From the NCBI RefSeq assembly GCF_018977255.1, contig NW_024704743.1:80540001-80604000 (forward strand): a stretch of 64,000 nucleotides of DNA, in the 5' to 3' direction. Position numbers and translations under genes: made by a program. Position 1 is the stretch's first letter, and each line of letters begins with the position of its first letter. Positions 28,130 through 39,354 of this stretch are shown here, one piece after another. The notes below the pieces were generated by a model. It did no database searches and was not told the DNA's origin. It worked only from the letters and a program-made list of their open reading frames with translations. This DNA is from Callorhinchus milii. Taxonomy: Eukaryota.

Positions 28130-28950
28130 TTTTTGACTTCTTTATGATCCTCTCTCAGATATCACATTTCAAAGTTGAAGAGCCCTAGCTTTATGTCATC
28201 TTTTATCATAGCTCATTCCTCAAACACAGGGTTATTGATATGTTCTCCTCCGCCCTGCCTTTCGGGGCTGGGTATCCCCCTTTATGTGCAGTGATTAGAA
28301 CTGTACGCAATATTCCAGGTGTGGCCTGATCAGAACCTTGTTTATTGCTGTCTAACGCTGTTTTGACATTGTTGACAAAGAGTCAACTGACACCACAAGG
28401 TCTCATTCAACTTCCCTCTTGACAAGATGTCAAGATACCATTCATGAAGTACCAGCACTTCCTATTTTCACTTTCTATCTGCTGTAGACCTCTTATTTAT
28501 ATTGAACTGTATTTGACAATGTGTAATATGTTGCCTTGTGATGAATTTTGTCAAAGCCCTTTTGGAAGTCTAAATTAACTACATCATATGGTTTCCCACA
28601 GTAAATCTGGGATTTCACCTCCTTTAAAAAAGCCTGAGATGGAAGCCGATCTGTCTTTCACTTATTAATTTATTTCTTTAAAGTCAATCTTCCATTTTCA
28701 TTCTGAAAATCAATTTAATCAGGTTTCCAGTATTGAGGTCAAGCTATCGGTTTGTAGTTGCCAGATTTGGCTCTATCATCTTGCACAAATATTGCAAACC
28801 ATATTTGCTTTCTTCTATTCTATTGGAACCCTCCCTATCATGATTGACTCCCTAAAAATGCTTGCCAGGACTGACAAATTTTCTGCCTTCTCTCTAAGTA
28901 CCCTGCGGTAGTACATCCATTCCAAGGCATTTGTTGTTTCTCAGCTGTTT
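28130..28950 (-). mobile_element. Highly decayed CR1 RT fragment
   Basis: Antisense CR1 motifs TTGAAGAGCCCTAG, CTGTACGCAATATTCCAGGTGTGGCCT (RPHLEYCVQ) and TGTCAAAGCCCTTTTGGAAGTCTAA (LDFQKGFD). Confidence 0.65.
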
Positions 28951-29261
28951 TTTATTTTCCTGTTGATCTCCTTTGGAACATTTTTATTTAATATTCCTCT
29001 GCTATATTTAGGTTTTTATTTGTCCTGGATACTCTGTGTAAATGTTTTTGAAGGATAGCTATTTATCCTCAACTAATTAATCCTTGAGAAGTACCCACTT
29101 AGTTCAGCTGATACCCCTGACATTGGCTCATCAAAATTTGTATTTGTGAGCTTATTGAGATATGCTCACAGTGGATCAATGACTTCTACCATCCGAATAT
29201 TATCAGAATGACTGACTGGAGCTATGTCAAAGACAGAATTGTGCCTTGTGGGCTCCCAAAA

Positions 29262-29470
29262 TCAACAACAACAACAACAACAAGAAGATTACATTTGTAT
29301 AGCGCCTTTCACGTCGGGAGGATGTCCCAAGGCGCTGGACAATGTACAGCATTTCAGACTTGAGCTGGGGTCAGGGGCGAAAAAGGGAGGGGAAGGGGGG
29401 TGACCAATGGCATGGTCGAAGAGGAGGGTTTTGAGGCGGGACTTGAAGGAGGCGAAGGAGGGGGCGAGGC
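29262..29470 (-). mobile_element. L2 3' end
   Basis: (CAA)n followed by ACATTTGTATAGCGCCTTTCACGTCGGGAGGATGTCCCAAGGCGCT and a purine-rich L2 3' UTR. Confidence 0.75.
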
Positions 29471-29929
29471 ATCCTTCCTTCTTGGCTATTCCCAGTTTAT
29501 GTTGGGTCAGTTAATGTCCTCACATCATTTTCACAACTATTCTTCTAGTACAATCAAAAAGTAACAGTTAAGAGAGGTGTAAGGACTGAAATTTAGAGAC
29601 AGAAAACAAGTGGAATAGTTACTTAAGCCATTGTGCCTGCAGTCAGGAATCAGTCTTAATAAAGCAACATTACAGCAGGAAAATTTGTAGATATTGATGA
29701 GGTAGTGTTAGTGCACCACTGCAGAAGGGCTAGATGACCATAGTGTTTCTCCTGCATATAAGCATTGGTATTTTCACTTTGAATATATCTCTGAACCAGC
29801 TGAAATCTTCAACTTGGGTCAGAGATTCAACCAATCTAAATTAACTCCACTCATGTTACAATTGACTCCACTCATGTTAAAAGTTGCGACACTATTCATA
29901 TAATACCAGCATGGCTGCCAAACAGCTGT

Positions 29930-31507
29930 GCAACTTAAGGTAAATAAATCTCAGGAGCTGGAAAAATTGCATCTGAGGATCCTTAACTAAGGGAGGAAGT
30001 CGCAGAAATACTGACACAAATCTTTCAAAAATCACTGAATACTGGAGAGATGCCAGGAGACTGGAGAAAGACAGATGTTACTCCTATTTTTCAGAAAGGT
30101 AACAAAAGTGACCCAGGAAACTATAGACCAGTAAGTTTAATGTCCATTGCGGGTAAAATTATGGAGACTCTTATTAAGGATAAAATCATGGAGCATCTAG
30201 ACAGAAATAAAGTCATAAATGATAGCCAATATGGATTCATGAAGGGAATGTCTTGCCAATCTAATTTACTGGGGGGGGTTTACGGTGTGACAAGGGAGTT
30301 TAATAAGGGTGAGGCTGTGAATGTTGTATATCTGGATTTCAGTAAGGCTTTTGATACAGTTCCTCTTGAGAGGTTGGTACTGAAAGTGAAGAAAGTGGGA
30401 ATCAGCGGAGGTATATTACAATGGATACGCAACTGGTTGACTGGAAGAAGCCAGAGGGCGGTGGTACAGGGATTGTCATCAGACTGGGAAAATGTTAAAC
30501 AGTGGAGTTCAACAAGGGTCTGTTTTGGGACCTCTTTAGTTTAATATTTTTATAAATGATCTGGAACTAGGAGTTGCAAGCACAGTGCCTAAGTTTGCAG
30601 ATAACACCAAGCTAATGAAAGTGGTAAATTGCAAAGTTGAACAAGACAGGTTACAGGAGAATTTGAACATACTTGGGAATTGGGCAGATCGGTGGCAGAT
30701 AAAATTCAATGTGGAGACTCTTATTAGGGTTAAAGTAAAGTACTTCACATGGGGACAAAATATCCTGGAAGGGACTATTATTTGAACGGAAGGAAAATAA
30801 TATGTATGGAAAATGAAAAGGGCCTGGGGGTCCTGATTGACAATAAATGGAAGCTTTCCCAACAATGCTCTGTGGAGGTGAACAAAGCAAACCAGATGTT
30901 GGGATATATCAAAAGATTAATAGCAAGCCAAAATAGTGGGGTAATCCTGCTTCTGTATAAATCATTGGTGAGACCATATTTAGAGTATTGTGTTAGTACT
31001 GGTCACAGCAATACAAAAAAAGGATATTGGAGAAATCGAGAAGATACAGAGGAGGGCAACCACAATGATTGAGGGAATTGAAGGATTGGACTATGTGGAG
31101 CGTCTAAATTGGGCATGTTCACACTAGAGAAAAGAAGTGACATGGTTGCTGCCTTTAAGATTCTAAGGGGATAGACAGTATAGATCATGACAGGCTGTTT
31201 CAACTTGTTCAGAAAAGTAAAACCAGAGGTCACGGCCTGCGATCGAAGGGGGTAAATTTAGAACAAATCTATGCAAACACTGTTTCAGTGAGCAAATAGT
31301 GAACCTGTAGAGCAGGCTGCTTAGGGAGACAGTTGAGGCTTGATTTTTTCAAACGTAGACTAGATAGTTTTCTTTTAGGAAATAACATTATGGGATAAAG
31401 TACATGGGTAGTTTGAGACATATGTGCATGTGACCACCAGGAAGGTGGAAGGCGAACTAGATGGACCTTGGTCTTTTTCCGTCTAGCAATTCTTATGTTC
31501 TTATGTA
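29930..31507 (+). mobile_element. CR1-clade LINE (second subfamily), 5'-truncated and frameshifted
   Basis: PGDWRKTDVTPIFQKG...PGNYRPVSL, VYLDFSKAFD, KFADNTKL, YKSLVRPYLEYC; 3' tail TTCTTATG twice at about 31490-31507. Confidence 0.9.
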
Positions 31508-31588
31508 CAATAGTTCTGATTTGTTGTCACATTGGATGCGAGCCCCTGATGGGAATGGTGTTGGAGAGACATTATTGTTATGCTTATC

Positions 31589-31591
<3 letters not shown>

Positions 31592-31619
<28 letters not shown>
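31592..31619. repeat. (GA)n microsatellite
   Basis: Pure GA run. Confidence 0.9.
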
Positions 31620-31622
<3 letters not shown>

Positions 31623-34499
31623 GTGACTTGTAAGTATTGGCTGTAAGGCATTCTCTGCTTCTCTTCTAACTTTTTATATTTCTGTGTATGAAAGACCTTT
31701 GGCCACAGTTGAAGTTTGTATGTGGCAATCCTCATAACAAATGCAAAGGGAAGAAGAGCATGTTCTGTGAATAAATCCAGATGTGCAGTCATCAGAGGAA
31801 AAAAGGGCATTTGACAAGCTCACTTACGCAACCTCAGGACTGGGGCATTTCAGACGTGTTAATGGTTCTGAAATAGCCGTCACATAAGTAAATATATGAA
31901 ACAGTTAACGTTCTTTTATATTTTAAACAATGATTCAGCATTGCATTTATGATAAACATTCAATTGTGCATAGCAGTTTCTATGTGGGGTTACCAGCTTT
32001 ATATCCTATGACCAATAAAGCTGATTTACAGGTATTTTTTGCAGAGGAATTCGTTACCCCTTTTGTCTAATTAAGAGCCCCAGTGGGACAGGATAGGCAG
32101 GAGATGCCAAGACAAGAAGACATTGTGCAGGGTATTGTCTTAGGTTGTGGAAGATGTTTTCTGAAATTTACCCTAGGCTAAATCTGTCATATTAAGCAAT
32201 CTCTGCTTCACATTCAACATTGCTTGGCAGGGACCCAGCATTGTCTGCAATGCCTCAATGGGTCTCTTTCTACTTAATCCTTTACTGATCCTCAGGTTGC
32301 GCAACACACATAACAGACTAAACAAGAAAGTTGACTGATAGGATCTGCGGAGTATTCTAAGTTCAACTTTAACAAGAATGTTCTAATCTGTGTCCTTCAA
32401 ATTACATTTCCAAGCAATACTGGTATTTCAAAAAGTTGTTTGGTTGGACCAGATGGACTAAGAATGCTGATCTTAATAATCAGAATATGATCACTTGGTG
32501 TTAAACACGACTTTAATAGACTAGCATGAGTTGATTTAACAAATAATTAAAGAGGAGGACAGATTTCATTTGAATGAGTCAGGCTGTTTTCATCCTACTG
32601 TTTTGGGGGAATGCTAAATATGTGTTCACTGAGTCAAATGGATCAGGGTTTAACTCATACCCCCATTGACTTATGCTGAAACTTGTTCACAGCTTTTAAT
32701 TGTTTTCCACAATATAAAGTTACTAAGGCCATTCAATCATAAGCCTCTTTATCTTTCACTGGAATGCACAACCAAATGAAATTTAATTATTTTGAACAGT
32801 GGGTGAAATTTGAAATGTTTGCAGTAGATTTAAAGGGACATTACCCTTTAGTCACATAATTTCAATCTTTACATGAATTTATTGGCACCTTGCATGACAT
32901 CTCTTATATGCAAACACGAATGAACTGAAGACCTAACGTCTTGTTTTAGGATGTCATGGACAGTGGTATAACTACAATGGTGCAAATGGTGTAGTTGCAC
33001 CAGGGCCCAAAAGTTATGGGGGCCCAACACACTGACTGGAATGACACATGGTCTCTCACTTCCCATTTCAATGTAGCCGCATCACGCGTACACTTTGCCG
33101 GGGAGAGAGAGAACAGGAGGAGACGGAGATGATAAATGTAAGCAAAACTTTAGATTTTGAAACCAGGAAGCAAGGCTCCAACCCACCCTGGAGCCTTGTT
33201 ACCCCACTGGTCATGGATACTGAAAGTGCTGGACTTGCTGGGTTCTCCTGCCAGCATTGTGTTAACTGGTAATTGAAATAAGGAAAGGGAAACTGCATGT
33301 AGGAGAGGTATAAAGAAGGAAGCTAACAGCGATGTCGTTTTCACATGGTAAGGATATTGGACCTTTGCTACTTCAGATTCCAGATGATGTTAGCTGTTTG
33401 AGTTGAAAACCTCATAATGTGATGCAGAGTTTGGTGAAATCTTTTATCAGGATGTTAAATCTCCTCTTCCTCTTTCTTTCTGTTTAGCTCACTATATTGG
33501 AGCATTTTATGATGGCCAAAACTAAGCCAGAATTCTTAAACTCAACTGGTTAATTTTACTTGTCAAATTGACAAATTGTTATAATTTCATTGCCTTTGCC
33601 ATTAGACATCTTAATGCTCTGTTTATCCTGCATTTTGGAGTTGCTGACTTTTTGCAGCAATTTACTGTCAAATTGCAATGATACACTAGCAAACGTGCAG
33701 AATAAATGTATTTCAAGAACAATGCAATTCAGTTAAAGCAATACAATAAATGTGCTAATGGTGTAAGCAGTATTTTCTCAGATCGGTACACATCGTTACA
33801 CACATCTCAGACTCAACTCAGACCCAAATTTTTACCTGAGCTGAATTCTAGGGAGGCCATGTGCCGTACAGGGAACACTGAAAATCACTGAAGAAAATGT
33901 TGTTTCTATCACTGGTGCTTTTTTTGACAGACCTGCAGCTGTGATGCAGGTAGAACGCCTTTTCGATCTGTCTACTGCATTCAAAGCAGTGTCACTCTCC
34001 ACACTATAAATCCAACATCAGTTCCTCCCAGCAGTAAAAACACAAAGCAGGAAAGAAGCAATCCCATTCATACACTTCGTCCATATGTACCAACCACATC
34101 CACCTAGGCAGGTTTTCTCCAGAATACCTTGAGTATCAATCTAATGTTCACTTAGTACAAGTGAAACGTCGATATATTTCTATCAATTTAAACTTGAAAA
34201 CGTTGGATGGAAATTGAATATTTAAGTTGAAAGTGAACGGGTCTGGTAATTTCTGTGCTATTTTTTTCTCTCGTAACTGGAGTCCTGGTAAACAATAATG
34301 CTTGCATTTGATACACTAAACCCCAGCTAGTCGGACAATTGGTTATCGGCATTGTAATTGTTTGCATTCCACGAGAAGCAGATAGTGAATAAGGTTTTGA
34401 AGTTGATATCCCTAGCCACTGGCATGCAGGTGGAGAGTTGCGCTGGCTGGAGTATACCCGTAGGCCGTGGAAATTTTGTGCCTGCATAATCTTTCTTCC

Positions 34500-34665
34500 G
34501 ATTTGTGTGCAACAATTTCCCACAAACAACCATGAAGTGAGTGACCAATATTATTTGGGGAATTGTTTGCCAGGAAAACCTTCCTTCTCTTTTCGCAGAG
34601 TGCCATGGGATCTTTACCATCCAAATGAACAAGCAGACGGGACCTTGGTTTAACATCTCTTTCAG
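34500..34665 (-). mobile_element. Deu-domain SINE fragment
   Basis: Antisense GAGATGTTAAACCAAGGTCCCGTCTG...AAAGATCCCATGGCACT. Confidence 0.75.
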
Positions 34666-34689
34666 ATAGAAAGGAATAGAATGAGATGC

Positions 34690-34806
34690 AAAGAAAAAAA
34701 ACTGCAAATCTGAAGTAGAAAACAGCAAATGCTGGAAATGCATAACATTAAGTATCTGAAAGAGGATAGACGAACATTTTGGGTGTGACCCTTTATCAGA
34801 ACTGGA
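34690..34806 (-). mobile_element. Penelope-like element terminal-repeat remnant
   Basis: AAATGCTGGAAAT...TGACCCTTTATCAGAACT pattern with a degenerate minimal hammerhead on the minus strand. Confidence 0.5.
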
Positions 34807-36119
34807 AAGATCGGGCTGGATAAATTTATGCATGTCTTTATGCTGGCTATGTCTGAAAAACCTGTTCATTTCTCAATACCAGCATTAGCTTCTTATTCAA
34901 ACAGCTTACTTTCCCACAGATTTCAGTACATGCCATCTCTGACTCATAAATTTCAGACCTCAAAATAATAAACCCAATACTGTATTTCCTCTTGCATAAT
35001 TCTCCATCTCCATTGGCATCTTATCTTGAAACTAGCTTGAGCCCTGTTTACCACAAGCATGGTGCTGCTTTTAGATCACTGTGCAAATAAAATCAGAATG
35101 AAGTTACCAGTAAAATCCCCTAACCATGGGTTCTCAGCTGCTCTATATGACTTCTTTCTGTCTGGTTGCCAACTGAAGGGCATTGATATCTCTAATCCTG
35201 TGTTATCAATGGGGAAGAAACTCAGAGTGACTGGTGTATTCAGTCCATTATTTTAGTCTGTTACTGATTAGTGCTCTGTTGCTGGTCACATTACTTAATT
35301 GCACTAGGCAGCATTTTTTTTAAATTTCTTCCTCCAATTTGTACCCTCTCTCTCCTGAATGATCTGAATCACGTGGAAGTATGTGATTCCTTTGAAACCA
35401 GTTATTGTTCTCATGTGGATGCAGGCAGTGAATGGTATGCTGTATCACAGGGTGGGGAGAGGGGAGGGTAATATTGCACAGTAATGATGCTGTGCTGGTC
35501 AACCTGTACCTGGCTAGGTTTGCTCGGAGGAAATATTTGTTGACTAACACTCTCGCTAACCTGGCTCCATTGGTTATCTCTCTCTCTCTCCCACCCCAGA
35601 CAATATGACTCAACAGGTTCTCACACTGACAACTGGGCAGAAGATCTTGGTGACATTGCTGAGCAAATCGTCATTTGGCACATGAACATTCGTGCATACA
35701 CCCTCCAAGAGATGTTGATTAACTTTTTCATTGCTTAGTCAGGTGGGGAGGAAAGGTAAACACCAATTGCAGCCAACCTATCAATGCCTGTATGAGGCTT
35801 CCTGACTCAGCATAGACCAGAGTTCAAAGGTGGGGCAGTGCAGGTCTACATAGCTCAATACCACATGGGGCTGAAGGTTTACCAACTGAAGCATTGAAGG
35901 AAGCCCAAAGAAGCAAGTTCAAAGAAAACCTAAAACTTCAACTGTGCAACTCAATGTGTATAAACAAATGTTGGAATAAACACATGGCTCAGAAGCAATG
36001 CTTTATGACCAGTGATACATATAGTTTCAGAAGCCACAGCTGGAACAACTTCTTAATATTGTCCACCATTATCAATATGATCTTGAATGGAACAATTTCA
36101 AAATTCTGACACTCGTTTG

Positions 36120-36470
36120 CAAATCCCTCACTACCTCTCCGACCAGCTTACCCCAACACCCACAACCCACTATCTCCGCTTGACTAGCTCCGGTTTTCTG
36201 CATGTTCCTCATGCCCTCCATTCCACCATCAGTGACTACGCTTTCATCCACTACACGCAGAAACTCTGGAACACTCTTCCTCTATCCCTCCACCTTGCTC
36301 CTTCCTTCCCCATCTTCAGGTTGCCCCTGAAGACCGTCCTGTTCGAGCATTCCTACTGTCAACTCCCCCTATCACCGGCTCAGCCTCGTGCTCCGCCACT
36401 GTCAAGTGCTTTCGGACGCTACCCTTGTGAGGGGCACTATATAAATGCAAGTTGTTGTAGTTGTTGTTGA
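36120..36470 (+). mobile_element. L2 3' fragment
   Basis: AFIHYTQKLWNTLP...PLKTVLF; tail GTGAGGGGCACTATATAAATGCAAG(TTG)n. Confidence 0.8.
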
Positions 36471-36814
36471 GACTGCATGTGGAACTCATGTTCTCTGCGC
36501 TGATACTTGTCACAGTCAACATGGAACAATAACTCGTGCAGGCAAATAGCCTTAATTGGGGGCAAAATGTTGACATTAATATGTATGCACTATCACACTG
36601 GGGTCCAATTTCCAATATGTAGAAGAACTAAATTGTTATTATTAGAAGTTACCAAAAGTAAGAATAAAGGCTGAGACTATCTCCCCGCAGCTGCCTGTTC
36701 GGATCCACAGATTCATTATTCTTAGAAATTACTGACCCCAATTTGACTGCTTAGGCTGACCGAGAAGGCTTTGATGATTGTTTCCTGGCACTTTTGCAAA
36801 CAAGACCCAATTGG

Positions 36815-37165
36815 ATTTGTACCAGCAGGTTCATGTCTGACTCTCAGTGCCACAGTTACAAATCCGCCCTTCGGATGAGGAGTTAAACCAAGGTCCTGTC
36901 TGCCTGTCAGGTTGTTGTTAAAGATCCTATGGCACTTCTCAAAAAAAGTAGGGAATTTTTCTCCAAGTGTCCTGTCCAACAATCCCCCTAAATACAACGC
37001 GTCATTCACTTCATGGCTGTTTGTGGGACATTGCTGTGCGGAACTGGACTGCTGTATTCACCTACAAACACAGCCATTGTACTTTACAGTATAGCCTGTG
37101 AAGCGCTTTGGGACATCCTCCCAAATGTGAAAGGTACAAGGATGATTATTATCATTTATTACTAT
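36815..37165 (+). mobile_element. Deu-domain SINE
   Basis: CTTCGGATGAGGAGTTAAACCAAGGTCC...AAAGATCCTATGGCAC core plus shared tail. Confidence 0.8.
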
Positions 37166-37289
37166 ATTTATACAAATGAAGGATTATTATTATTTAATCT
37201 AAGCAGTTAGAATGCAGCACTAAAGTGACCCAAGTCCTGATAAGGAAAGCCCTCAGCCCCATCAACGAATAACGCTTCCGATATACACA

Positions 37290-37520
37290 TAATCTTCCTT
37301 GTCCAATGTCCGTATGTATGTACTTCCCAGCAGTTATTAGATCATAGTAAGGAGTGGAAATATTTTCTGGTTTTCCCCTTCTTAGCTTAAAGGCAATGAG
37401 ATCAATTGTAGTTCCCCTACTGCTTCCCTAGTGTATATTGGGTAACTCAGCACAGATTGATCCTGGGACCTTCTGCTACTTCTCTGTATTGCTCAGTGGC
37501 GGGAAATGCTTTACCTAAAG
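37290..37520 (-). mobile_element. AmnSINE2-like ancient SINE fragment (5' half)
   Basis: Antisense AAGGTCCCAGG...TCTGTGCTGAGTTA...GCAGTAGGGGAACTACAATTG...CTGCTGGGAAGT. Confidence 0.55.
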
Positions 37521-38292
37521 CGTTTATTTTTCAAGGTATCTTTTCTTCCTTTGAGTTTCCTTGCTCTATCCACAATCCCTACTTGAGAGGATAGGATACA
37601 AAACTGTTCCCAGTATCAGTGCTCACTCAAGCCAAATGTTAATGTGAGATATTAATCCAGGATAACCTTGACTCCAGTTTACTCTTCTTATTTGTTGTGA
37701 AGGAGTAAGGCTCCATTCCCCCACAGAGGCATTGCTGAGATTGCTAACAGTTTATGAAGCGATATTTGTGACCGAAGCACAAACTCATTCCTACCCCCTC
37801 TGTGGGCAACACTTTGGGATTACACCGTCTTAATCTACGTTACTGTGGGCAAGGGATGGCAGGGAGGTGCATAACTTATGTAAATTGTTAAATTATATAT
37901 CAGTGTTTTCAGCTTTTATAGAATAACAGATAGTCAAAGAAAGTCACTGCCCACGTCTCAAAAAAGTGCATCTTTTGATTATTAGTTACATTTTAAAGGC
38001 ATATTACTCTGCAGAAAGGGTGGAGGAGGCTGTTCAGGAGTAAAGCAAAAATGGTTGTATCATAGTACAGCTTAAGTCTTTCAATACCGGCACTTTCCTG
38101 TAAGAAACCTTGTAGGTTCACAGCCTGTCACCATGTAAGGCAATGATAATCTTGCTATGTGCTATGTGCTTTCAAGTCAGAGGGTGGTGTTATAAGAGTC
38201 ACTTTCTTTGTTTTGCATGGTTACTGTATATCATGGTTGCATGGTTACTGCTTTGCTTTGCATTGTTACTGCTCCCTACGCTCAGAAAACGC

Positions 38293-38518
38293 CAGCCTGC
38301 TTCAATAATAATCCCTCCAAAACCAAAAACAATAATAAATTGGTCATTTTCAATCTACGATTGTTTGTGAGACATTGCTGTGCGCAATTGGCTGCCACAT
38401 TCGCCCACAAATATACAGTCAATTCACTTTACAGTGTGTTCTGTGAAGCGCTTTGGGACGTCCTCCTGACGTGAAAAGCGCTATATCAAATGCAAGGATT
38501 ATTATTATCATTATTATA
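38293..38518 (+). mobile_element. 5'-truncated copy of the young SINE
   Basis: Matches the body and tail of 39980-40190 and lacks the tRNA head. Confidence 0.88.
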
Positions 38519-38519
38519 G

Positions 38520-38785
38520 CTTCTACCCTCTCCCCTTCACCATCGGTGGGCAAACCTTCAGCCACTCTGCCCTGCTCTCTAAAACTCCATCCCGGAGTCT
38601 CTCCAACTTATCCTCTCATTCAAAACCTGCCTTACAACCTATTTCTTTGACTGTGCTTTTAGCCACCTTTCGCCTCCTCAGTTCCCTCACCCTCAGCTCA
38701 GGCTCCCAGTTAGTTGTGTAAAGTGCTTTGAGAGGTCCTCCAAAATGTGAACGGTGCTATATAAATGCAAATTGTTATGATTGTT
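38520..38785 (+). mobile_element. L2 3' fragment
   Basis: CACCATCGGTGGGCAAACCTTCAGCCAC, then tail GTGAACGGTGCTATATAAATGCAAATTG. Confidence 0.7.
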
Positions 38786-39354
38786 TGCAATATTCCCCAA
38801 ACTGCAAAGCAAGTTACAGATTTCTGCATCAGATTCTAATCAATTTATTTCCAAGTGCTATGACTCAAAGATGTGTAAAAGGTTCTTGCTGAAGGACCAC
38901 AATACCCTTGAAATTTATTTTCTGACAGCTCAATCAATTTCTGATGTTAACATTGTATCACGATTTTGCTCTGTGTTTAGTTAGCAGTTGTGGGATGTAG
39001 ATTTACACATACTACACTAATTGCATCAAATAGCTGGAAATGAATATCTGTTTTCAGAATTTTGAGGAACACAGTGAGAATATTTTCAGCCTCGAACAGC
39101 ACTTTTCAGTGTTCCAGCCTGTTAATGATTCTTTTTATTCACACACAGATATACAGAGTCAAATAATGGAGAGCAGCAGTGTGCAATTCCTGTTCCTAAC
39201 CGCTATTTCTAGACCTCACTTCAATCTGTTGCTTCCCCCATTCCCAATAGGCTCATGTCTGGCTGTTCTCTAGTGGGTTCATATCGCTTTTTACTATTGA
39301 GATACAGCTCTCACCCCTGCACCCTGAGGAACTCTGCTCTGCAACTCTGGCAAA

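Noticed and set aside
193..38984. Numerous 60-180 aa ORFs in the downstream region
   Set aside because: Either repeat-derived or without recognisable homology or exon structure; a small exon or lncRNA cannot be excluded without RNA data.
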